Of a stretch of DNA of 64,000 bases, positions 9,131 through 16,542 are shown one piece after another (positions within the stretch are counted from its first letter, which is position 1; each line of letters begins with the position of its first letter). The notes under the pieces were generated by a model that was not told the DNA's origin, searched no databases, and saw only the letters and a list, made by a program, of their open reading frames with translations. The stretch lies in assembly GCA_021825655.1 (NCBI GenBank), contig JAKAGU010000004.1, positions 11,599-75,598 of the forward strand, written 5' to 3'. Made by a program: the position numbers and the translations under genes. Source of the stretch: a bacterium. Its GTDB lineage: Bacteria; Patescibacteriota; Doudnabacteria; UBA920.

Positions 9131-10861
9131 TTAGAACTTGTGCGGTTGGTTGGGTAAAATTACGGTTTTGGCTTGCGCAGATTCAGGCTGAGGCAGGTCG
9201 GATCCCGCAGCCTCAGGAGCCGGGGCGGGAAATACTTGTTTATCTTTTTGCAGGGCGGCTACCGTATCCCAAATGGGATTTTCTTTTTTAGGTTTAAGCG
9301 GACTTTTATGGGCTAACGGGTTATGCCTTTTGGGCGGCCTGGGTTGCTGACTTTGCTGAGCATACCGGTTTTGCTGTTTTTGCGGCTCTTGCCTGGGCGC
9401 ACTTTTAGGCTTAGGCTGAGCCGGCAGCGGCTGCACGGTTATTGTGGGGCTGGGAATTTCCTCAGGCGCTTGCATGGGCGGCAATTCTTCTTCAGCGTTT
9501 GTTTTCTCCTCTTCCTCGTCCTCTTCCGCAGGCTCTTTGCCAATCAGCAGCGCCGCGCCTTGATGGTAGTCCGCGCCCATCCAGCGGGTAATCCTTTCTT
9601 CCACTTCGGCCACGGGGTTGCTGTAGCGCTCCCTGGAAACCTTCAGCACTTTTTCAAAGTTGCCCGTAAAATAGTCGGGGCTGGCGGGGATGGTAACGGC
9701 CGAAAACGGCTCGCTGGCAACGCCGTTGATCATCAGTTTTAAAATAACGTGGTACTTGGGCAAATTTACCATGTCGGTGGGGGTGAATGTCGGTGCAAAC
9801 TCCGTTTCCAAAAATTCCGCGTCAGCTGCGCCTATGCGGAAAATGACCATGGTCCCCACGTTGCCGAAGATGGCATCCCTCACCTTGGTGCTCTTGTCAT
9901 TTTCCAACTGGGCAATGTATTGGTGGCCAACAATCAGGTTTAAGCGGTATTTCCGGGCTTCGCTCAAAATGGTGGCAAAGCTGTCCGTGGCAAAATTTTG
10001 GAATTCATCCACATACAAATAAAAGTCGGAACGCTCGTTTTCGGGGATGTCAGTGCGGGACATGGCGGCGAGCTGCAGCTTGGTCACCAGCATGGAGCCG
10101 AGCAAGGCCGAATTATTTTCCCCAACGCGGCCTTTGGACAAATCCATAATCAAGATTTTCTTTTTGTCCATAATTTCCCTTAAATCAATGGTGCTTTTGG
10201 GCTGCCCCACAATGTTGCGGACAATCGCGGATGACAAAAATTGCCCCACCTTGTTCTGAATCGGCGCAATGGCCTCGGTGCGGTATTTTTCGTTGTAGTT
10301 GGCGTATTCGTCGGTCCAAAAGGCCCTGACCACGGGATCCTTAATGTTATCCACGATGCGCTTGCGGTATTTTTTGTCCACATACATGCGGGTAATGCCG
10401 AGCAGCGTGTTGCCCGGGCTTTCCAAAAGGGCCAGTACGGTGTTGTTCAGGATGTACTCCATGCGGGCTGACCAGACATTGGCCCAGATTTTGGTGAAGA
10501 CCCCCATCAAGCCGGAAGCCACCAAATGCTTGTAGCGGCTTTCTACGGATTCCAGAATGTTGAAGGCAATCGGATTTTCCAAATCCGCAGGGTTGAAGTA
10601 CACCACGTCGTTAACGCGGCTGGGCGGCACGCAGTCCAAAATCCGCTGGATGGAATCGCCGTGCGGGTCCAAAAATGCCAGGCCGTGCCCGTTACGGATA
10701 TCCTGAATGGCCATATTCTCCATGACAGTGGTTTTACCCATGCCCGTTTTGCCGATTAGGTACATGTGGCGGCGGCGGTCATCGGTCTTAATGCCAAAAG
10801 GCACTTCGCGGTTCCGGAAGTTGGTTTTCGCAAATAAAGTGATTGTGTCTGGAGTTTCCAT
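9131..10861 (-). CDS. VirD4/TraG/TrwB-like type IV coupling-protein ATPase (soluble, no TM) with a disordered C-terminal tail
   Basis: Walker A LIGKTGMGKTT, then the T4CP-like FLDPHGD motif and Walker B LYVDEFQNF. No hydrophobic segments. The last ~140 aa are P/E/Q/K-rich low complexity (EEDEEEEK...PQKQQNRYAQQSQQPRPP). Confidence 0.6.
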   Translation of the reverse strand: METPDTITLFAKTNFRNREVPFGIKTDDRRRHMYLIGKTGMGKTTVMENMAIQDIRNGHGLAFLDPHGDSIQRILDCVPPSRVNDVVYFNPADLENPIAFNILESVESRYKHLVASGLMGVFTKIWANVWSARMEYILNNTVLALLESPGNTLLGITRMYVDKKYRKRIVDNIKDPVVRAFWTDEYANYNEKYRTEAIAPIQNKVGQFLSSAIVRNIVGQPKSTIDLREIMDKKKILIMDLSKGRVGENNSALLGSMLVTKLQLAAMSRTDIPENERSDFYLYVDEFQNFATDSFATILSEARKYRLNLIVGHQYIAQLENDKSTKVRDAIFGNVGTMVIFRIGAADAEFLETEFAPTFTPTDMVNLPKYHVILKLMINGVASEPFSAVTIPASPDYFTGNFEKVLKVSRERYSNPVAEVEERITRWMGADYHQGAALLIGKEPAEEDEEEEKTNAEEELPPMQAPEEIPSPTITVQPLPAQPKPKSAPRQEPQKQQNRYAQQSQQPRPPKRHNPLAHKSPLKPKKENPIWDTVAALQKDKQVFPAPAPEAAGSDLPQPESAQAKTVILPNQPHKF

Positions 10862-10866
10862 GAAAA

Positions 10867-12210
10867 TTAGCTTAGCTCTTCAAGAATGGGCAAATTTGCC
10901 GGCGGCTGGGATTTCTTGCTCATGGTTTTTTCAATGCTGGACGCCACAGAAGTCTCCTTGGTGGTAATCGGGAAATGATAGATGGTGGCGATCTCTTCCA
11001 CGTTCAGTACGTACATGGGCAGCCCGATATGGATGTCCCGGTTTTTGTAACCTTTAAAAATATGCCGTTTTTTCTTCCGGAGCAAATAATCCATATAAGG
11101 CTTTTCCAGCGTGGGAGAAATATAATAATCCGCCCCGACCCAGGTATTGCTGACATCGGGCTTGAACTTGTTGGAATTAGCCGTGCCTAGTGGCCGGTAC
11201 GCGCCGATAATTAAACCCTTTTTGGTGGGATCAAACTTGTCTTTTGGGGCAATATATAAATGCCGAATTTTAGCCTTGTAGCCCGGCTTGCCGATTTTCC
11301 GTTCCACCAAATTGACCCGCTCTTTTTGTGTTTCCGTCATGCTCATCCAGTTGTTTTTCGGCCCCTTCTCCTCCGCGCCGTGCGCCCCATGGGCTCCGTG
11401 CCCGCCGCCAAACAGCAAATTTTTCAGGCTGAATTGTGCGAACTTGTTGAACGGCGTCATGGCCACATCTTTCAGCTTCACGTCATGCTCGGCCTCTTCG
11501 CCGATAAGTTCCTTAACCATAGCTTCGCCGTGCGGCTTCCATTCGTCGTCGGCCAAAGGCTGAAGAATAACCTGGATGCCGTAAAATTCGTAAGGCTGCA
11601 TTTTATTGAGCGCCTCAAAAAGGTTGGCTAATGGGTCGATAATTTTCTCCTCTGCGGACAAATGTTCAAAATCCCGGTAGGTTTTAATAGGAAAAACAAA
11701 ATCCTCGGTCAGCTTGAATTCCGTACCCCAAATATCGTACTGGCTGTTTTCATAATTGGGGTCAAAATGGAAATTCTCCATGTAATCATCGGCCTCGGTA
11801 ATCTCCACGTCCGGGTAGTGCGAATAAAACGCCGACTCCACCAGGCCCCGGCTATCTTTGGGCACGCGCACGATAAAGGAAATTTTGCCGCCCATGCTGA
11901 TCAGCTCCAGCGAATACCATTTCTGGATGCGCCCCTCGATATAGATCTGCGGAAAAGTCAGACCGCTGTGAAGCGCGTGCATCTGGGAAAAAATGGTCTC
12001 CACGGCCAAAGTGCTGGCCAGGTTGTCCTTAGGCACTTTGATGTTAAGCAGCACCCAGTCAATGCTGTGCACAAACTGGTGCTCAATTTCTTTGCGGTAG
12101 CTTTTATAGAGGATATACAGCAGCGCGCCGATAACTGAAAATATCAAAAGACCTCCCGTTGCTTTCAGTATATCCAGTGGGTTAGGCAGAATTCCCTGAA
12201 AAATGTCCAT
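10867..12210 (-). CDS. Single-pass membrane protein of unknown function, co-operonic partner of the coupling ATPase
   Basis: 447 aa with one N-terminal TM (LLIFSVIGALLYILY), then a soluble domain carrying a Gly/His low-complexity stretch (GGGHGAHGAHGAEEKG). There is a 5-nt gap to the ATPase gene. No recognisable family. Confidence 0.4.
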   Translation of the reverse strand: MDIFQGILPNPLDILKATGGLLIFSVIGALLYILYKSYRKEIEHQFVHSIDWVLLNIKVPKDNLASTLAVETIFSQMHALHSGLTFPQIYIEGRIQKWYSLELISMGGKISFIVRVPKDSRGLVESAFYSHYPDVEITEADDYMENFHFDPNYENSQYDIWGTEFKLTEDFVFPIKTYRDFEHLSAEEKIIDPLANLFEALNKMQPYEFYGIQVILQPLADDEWKPHGEAMVKELIGEEAEHDVKLKDVAMTPFNKFAQFSLKNLLFGGGHGAHGAHGAEEKGPKNNWMSMTETQKERVNLVERKIGKPGYKAKIRHLYIAPKDKFDPTKKGLIIGAYRPLGTANSNKFKPDVSNTWVGADYYISPTLEKPYMDYLLRKKKRHIFKGYKNRDIHIGLPMYVLNVEEIATIYHFPITTKETSVASSIEKTMSKKSQPPANLPILEELS

Positions 12211-12235
12211 TTTGTTTTATCTTCCGTTTTTATGT

Positions 12236-13318
12236 CTAGGCCAGCGCGTAAAGGTTCTTGCCGACTTTCTTGAATAATTTTTTATTGGAAAGACTGACTA
12301 AAATCGTATTTTTCTTGACCTGCCTGACTTTCATCACCTCTTCAATGATTTTTTCTTTCGGCATAGGCTGGCCGTATTTTTTGAGGATTTCCGAAATAAC
12401 ATCCGACACCACCCCGGGCTTAAAACCCCATTCGGCGAGGGCATAAATGCCTCGGCCAATCAGTACAAACCTTTGGTCCTTAATCAGTTCGTTGTGCACG
12501 GTCTCTTTGTAGGCGGTTTTGCTGTCGAATTTGGCCTTGTTGATCATTTCGGTAATGGCCGAATAGTGCTCCGGCTTCTTGTGGTATTTCATGACCAGAT
12601 ACGCCTTGTCGCCGACGTCTTTGGGGACAATCTCCTTCCAATGGCTGAGGCCGAATTCACCGAACACATTCTTTTCAATCTCTACGGCAAGTTCCAAAAA
12701 GTTGATAATGGTTTTGTCGTTCAGTTCTATTTGGTTTTCCTGATAAAATTGGGTCTGTTTAAAATGCTGCAAAAATTCCTCAGCTTGGAGGGGTTTTTGC
12801 TTCTCGGCAATGATTTTTTTGCCCTGGTCCACGAACCCGTGGAGCAAATCTTCCTTAAACAGGACCATAACCCAGTTCTTTTTGTAGTTATCGTGGATGA
12901 AGTTATCCAGTTCTTCAATAAGGTTCAGCAAAAAAATCACCGCGTTTTTTTCCTGCTCGTCCTTGATGTTAAGGTTCAAAAGCAGGTTTTCTTCCGCAAT
13001 AATGCGGCCGTGTTCTGAGATAATATTAAGGATGAATTCTTTGGTCGCGTTGAAGCTGGAGTACTTGGAGCTGGTTTTTTTCAGGTGCTTCATCAAATCC
13101 TTCTCGATTTGCCGGACGCGCTCCCTGGTAAGATTTTGCTCCTGCCCAATAGCAGCCAAAGTTTTAACTCCCCGGCCTTCCAGCCCGTAGCGGTGCGCCA
13201 AAATCTGCCTGTCGCGTTCTTTCAGGTTCTGCAAAATCTCTTTTACGATGTCCACCGGGTGCATCTGCTGGATGGTCTCGTTCTGTTTGGTTGTAATGAT
13301 GGTGTCGAGAATTCCCAT
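12236..13318 (-). CDS. Sigma-70 region-4-type HTH protein (N-terminal HTH plus ~270-aa domain of unknown function)
   Basis: The N-terminus ILAHRYGLEGRGVKTLAAIGQEQNLTRERVRQIEKDLMKHL matches the sigma-70 region 4 HTH. There is no region-2-like segment and the rest is an unassigned alpha-rich domain. It is the first gene of a three-gene operon. Confidence 0.55.
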   Translation of the reverse strand: MGILDTIITTKQNETIQQMHPVDIVKEILQNLKERDRQILAHRYGLEGRGVKTLAAIGQEQNLTRERVRQIEKDLMKHLKKTSSKYSSFNATKEFILNIISEHGRIIAEENLLLNLNIKDEQEKNAVIFLLNLIEELDNFIHDNYKKNWVMVLFKEDLLHGFVDQGKKIIAEKQKPLQAEEFLQHFKQTQFYQENQIELNDKTIINFLELAVEIEKNVFGEFGLSHWKEIVPKDVGDKAYLVMKYHKKPEHYSAITEMINKAKFDSKTAYKETVHNELIKDQRFVLIGRGIYALAEWGFKPGVVSDVISEILKKYGQPMPKEKIIEEVMKVRQVKKNTILVSLSNKKLFKKVGKNLYALA

Positions 13319-13341
13319 AGAGGAGTTTTAATATCGACCTC

Positions 13342-13370
13342 AGTATAGCACAAAGCATAAGGTTTGTCAA
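13342..13370 (-). promoter_or_regulatory. Sigma-70 consensus promoter driving the HTH/membrane/ATPase operon
   Basis: The minus strand reads TTGACA (13365-13370), 17-nt spacer, TATACT (13342-13347), about 25 nt upstream of the ATG at 13318. Confidence 0.55.
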
Positions 13371-13392
13371 ATATACCTCCTGGAGTCTTGCT

Positions 13393-13426
13393 GAAAACAA
13401 AAGCACCCGCTTTTATACGGGTGCTA
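13393..13426 (-). terminator. Rho-independent terminator after secF
   Basis: The minus strand reads AGCACCCG-tataaaag-CGGGTGCT followed by TTTGTTTTC. It isolates secDF from the downstream operon. Confidence 0.65.
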
Positions 13427-13461
13427 AATTTGTGATTTTTGGCATTTTATTGCCTAATTAT

Positions 13462-14352
13462 CTACTTTTTCGCCTTCCAGTTTTGCCAAACAACCAGGAT
13501 AGGGCTGGCGATAAAAATGGAAGAGTAGGTTCCTACAAAAATGCCGATAAACAAGGCGAGGACAAAATATCTAATGGTGTCACCGCCGAAAAGCAACAGA
13601 GTCAGCAAAACAAACAGTACCGTCAGGCTGGTGTTTAAGGACCTGACGATTGTCTGGCCGATGCTTTTATTCACCACGTATTCAATGGATTGGCCGGAAT
13701 AGACCTTCAGGTTTTCACGGATCCGGTCGAACACCACAATCGTGTCATGTACGGAAAAGCCTAAGACGGTGAGCAGGGCGGTAACAAACATCCCGTCAAT
13801 CTCCACCCCTTTAAAATGGCCGAGGATGGAAAAAAAGCCAAGCACAAACAACAAGTCATGGAGCAGGGCAATAACCGCTGACCAGCCGAAACGCCACGAA
13901 GTAATGGGTTTGGGCACCCGGCGGAATGCATAGGCAATGTAAGCCACAATGCCCAGAGAAACCATCACCAGCTGTAAAACCGCGTTGCGCCGCAGCTCGT
14001 TTCCAATAACCGGGCCAATGGAGTCGAACTTCGCTTCCTTAAACTCCCCTATCTGCTGCTTTAAGTCGGACAGCATTTTATCGTGGACCGCTTTGTCTAC
14101 GCTTTCGGTCTTGATAATCAAACCGTTTTCTTCCGAAGTCTGCAGCTGATAATTGCCGATTTTTTCCGTGGCCAGGACATCCTTAACCTTCTGCAAATCG
14201 TATTTCTGGTCAAACTTTAGCTCGGTCAGGGTACCACCTTTAAAATCTATACCCAGCCGGAGGCCGAACATAGAAAGCGAAATTATGCCGAAAGCCAGGA
14301 TAAGCCCGGAGACCGTAAACCAAAATTTGTAGTACTTGAGGGTATTAAACAT
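13462..14352 (-). CDS. secF: Protein-export membrane protein SecF
   Basis: SecF hallmark HDTIVVFDRIREN with 6 TM helices. Start taken at MFNTLKYY (ATG 14352), overlapping the secD stop by 8 nt. The ORF-track version begins 69 nt upstream. Confidence 0.9.
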   Translation of the reverse strand: MFNTLKYYKFWFTVSGLILAFGIISLSMFGLRLGIDFKGGTLTELKFDQKYDLQKVKDVLATEKIGNYQLQTSEENGLIIKTESVDKAVHDKMLSDLKQQIGEFKEAKFDSIGPVIGNELRRNAVLQLVMVSLGIVAYIAYAFRRVPKPITSWRFGWSAVIALLHDLLFVLGFFSILGHFKGVEIDGMFVTALLTVLGFSVHDTIVVFDRIRENLKVYSGQSIEYVVNKSIGQTIVRSLNTSLTVLFVLLTLLLFGGDTIRYFVLALFIGIFVGTYSSIFIASPILVVWQNWKAKK

Positions 14353-15838
14353 TGTCTTTTGTTGCCTTAATTTTGCTGACCCCGAAGAGCCAGGGGTGTG
14401 TAAGGATGTTGTTGCCGACAAACAGTTTTAAGAAAGTCCGGGTAACGGTAATTGCGGTAAACATGGAAATAAGAATGCCGATGCTTAAAGTCACGGCAAA
14501 ACCCTTGATGCTCGGGGTGCCGAACATGTAGAGGATTAACGTGGTTATCAAGCTGGACACGTTGGAATCGCGGATGGAAAGCCAGGCACGGTCAAAACCG
14601 TCGTCTACGGCCTTGGCAATATCCTTGCCTGCCCGGATTTCTTCCTTCAGGCGCTCAAAGATTAGAATGTTGGCGTCAACCGCCATGCCAATGGACAAGA
14701 TAAAGCCCGCAATACCCGCCAAAGTCAGGGTAACCGGAGAAAGCGCACCTGCGAGCATTAAAACAATATAGCTAAGTAAGGCCAAAAAACCGAACCATGC
14801 ATTCACTGTTAGGCCCAAAAAGAAAAACAGGCCCACAAGCACCACAGCCACAGGCGAAATGCCGATTTTAAAAACTGACAGCGAGACTACGGCATACACC
14901 ATAAGTGCGCAAACAGCTAAAAAGCCGGGGAAACGGTAGTAGCTGATCATAAACAGGGCAATCATGAGTATGCCCAAGATTCCGGCAATTAAGGACTTCT
15001 GGATAGACTCCTTGCCCAGGGTTGCCCCGACATTCTGCTGGGAAACCAGCTGGATTGGCACGGGCAAAGCGCCGCTGTTGAGGTTGGTGGCAAGATTTTT
15101 GGCTTCCTGCACTGAGAAATTTCCGCTGATAACGGCAACGCCGTCGGTAATGGCGGTTTGCACGGTGGGGGCGCTGATCAGCTGCTTGTCCAGAAAAATA
15201 GCCACGGGCTTGCCAATGTTGGCCGAGGTAATTTGACCGAAAAGTTTTTTGCCTTCGTCATTAAACTCCAGCCTGACAACGGGCTGGTTAGAAAGCCCGC
15301 CGCTGGTCTGAAAATCAACCGAGGCTTTTTGCAACTGCTTGCCGGAAAGCCCGGTCGGCTTCCAGCCTGCCATGGCATCCACGCTGACCTCGCCCTTGCT
15401 GTTGGGCTGGACTTGCGGAGTCGTGCCATCCTGGATCCGAAAATCCAAATAGGGCGTTTTACCGATTTGGTCAATGGCTTCGTTGACATCCTTGATGCCG
15501 GGCAGTTCAATGATTATCCGGTCCTGGCCGGAGACTGCCACCTGGGGTTCGGCCAAACCAAAGCTGTTAACACGGCGTTCAATTACGTCCCGGATGGCAT
15601 TTAAGGCATCGGCGCGATCTTGGGGCTTGATATCCTTAAAGTCCGCCTGGTAAACCAGGTGGGCACCGCCCTGCAGGTCCAGGCCCAAACGGGTCTTGAA
15701 GACCCGGCTGTATTTGATTTTAAGGCTGTTTAAGTCAATTTTACTGCCCTTGGGGTAGGCAATCCAGGCTGCGCCTGCAAATAGTACCAAAATTGCGAAC
15801 AAAGAAAGGTATAGCTTAAGTTTAGGTTTCATTGGCAT
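14345..15838 (-). CDS. secD: Protein-export membrane protein SecD
   Basis: Large periplasmic domain and a C-terminal 6-TM bundle homologous to SecD, immediately upstream of secF. Start chosen at MPMKPKLKL. Confidence 0.9.
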   Translation of the reverse strand: MPMKPKLKLYLSLFAILVLFAGAAWIAYPKGSKIDLNSLKIKYSRVFKTRLGLDLQGGAHLVYQADFKDIKPQDRADALNAIRDVIERRVNSFGLAEPQVAVSGQDRIIIELPGIKDVNEAIDQIGKTPYLDFRIQDGTTPQVQPNSKGEVSVDAMAGWKPTGLSGKQLQKASVDFQTSGGLSNQPVVRLEFNDEGKKLFGQITSANIGKPVAIFLDKQLISAPTVQTAITDGVAVISGNFSVQEAKNLATNLNSGALPVPIQLVSQQNVGATLGKESIQKSLIAGILGILMIALFMISYYRFPGFLAVCALMVYAVVSLSVFKIGISPVAVVLVGLFFFLGLTVNAWFGFLALLSYIVLMLAGALSPVTLTLAGIAGFILSIGMAVDANILIFERLKEEIRAGKDIAKAVDDGFDRAWLSIRDSNVSSLITTLILYMFGTPSIKGFAVTLSIGILISMFTAITVTRTFLKLFVGNNILTHPWLFGVSKIKATKDNV

Positions 15839-15951
15839 TAAAAAATACCGGTTAAGGCTTGAGGCTTCATGCTTTGGGTGTTTGACCTGAAAACATCCGT
15901 TAAAGCGCAAAGTTTAGGGGTATTATACTCTCTAATCACTTGGTTTGCAAA

Positions 15952-16542
15952 TTATTTTATTACCACTTTTGTGCCGTCATCAGTCCAGTTATAAAGGCTT
16001 TCCATGTCCTGATAAGACACATTCACGCAGCCGTGACTCATGCGCTGGCCGAATTTATTGTGCCAATAGGCGCCGTGGATGTACAAGTTGCCCAAAGAAC
16101 CGCGCTTAAACATCATGTTCCAACGCGTGTTGGGAAAGAAGTAGTTGGCGCCTTTATAGGTAACCAAAGGCTTTTTTAGAATAATCGAATATTCCCCAGC
16201 CGGGGTCGGGTGCAGGCGATCGCCAGTGGAAACTTTGATGGTTTTCAGCAGGTATGGCCCCAGGCTGTAAGTCAGGCTTTGGGTTTTAAGATTGACATCA
16301 ATATGTTTTTCCAATTTATCGTCTTGCGGGCTGTTGGGATCGTAATTGTATTTTACCTCCTCGCCGTCCGCATAGCCGTCATTGTCCGTATCTGCCCTGC
16401 TGGGATCAGTATGATAAATTTCCAGTTCCTGGACATCGGTCAGGCCATCATGATCGGAGTCCCCGTTCAAATCCAGGGCCTTGGCCCGCACAGGCAAGAG
16501 CAGTACCGCGCAGATTACAAAAAGCAAAAACCTGGGTTTCAT
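15952..16542 (-). CDS. L,D-transpeptidase (YkuD domain) with thrombospondin type-3-like Ca-binding repeats
   Basis: Catalytic motif HGAYWHNKFGQRMSHGCVNV, N-terminal signal peptide, and D-x-D-x-DG repeats (DSDHDGLTD, DTDNDGYADGEE). Start ATG 16542 overlaps the pepN stop as ATGA. Confidence 0.8.
   Translation of the reverse strand: MKPRFLLFVICAVLLLPVRAKALDLNGDSDHDGLTDVQELEIYHTDPSRADTDNDGYADGEEVKYNYDPNSPQDDKLEKHIDVNLKTQSLTYSLGPYLLKTIKVSTGDRLHPTPAGEYSIILKKPLVTYKGANYFFPNTRWNMMFKRGSLGNLYIHGAYWHNKFGQRMSHGCVNVSYQDMESLYNWTDDGTKVVIK

Noticed and set aside
9131-12210. Coupling-ATPase pair as part of an integrated conjugative element or prophage
   Set aside because: No integrase, relaxase, tRNA, direct repeats or other mobile-element genes occur within the window. 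The flanking genes are core (secDF, trxA, dcw). Mobile origin cannot be excluded but nothing in the sequence supports it.
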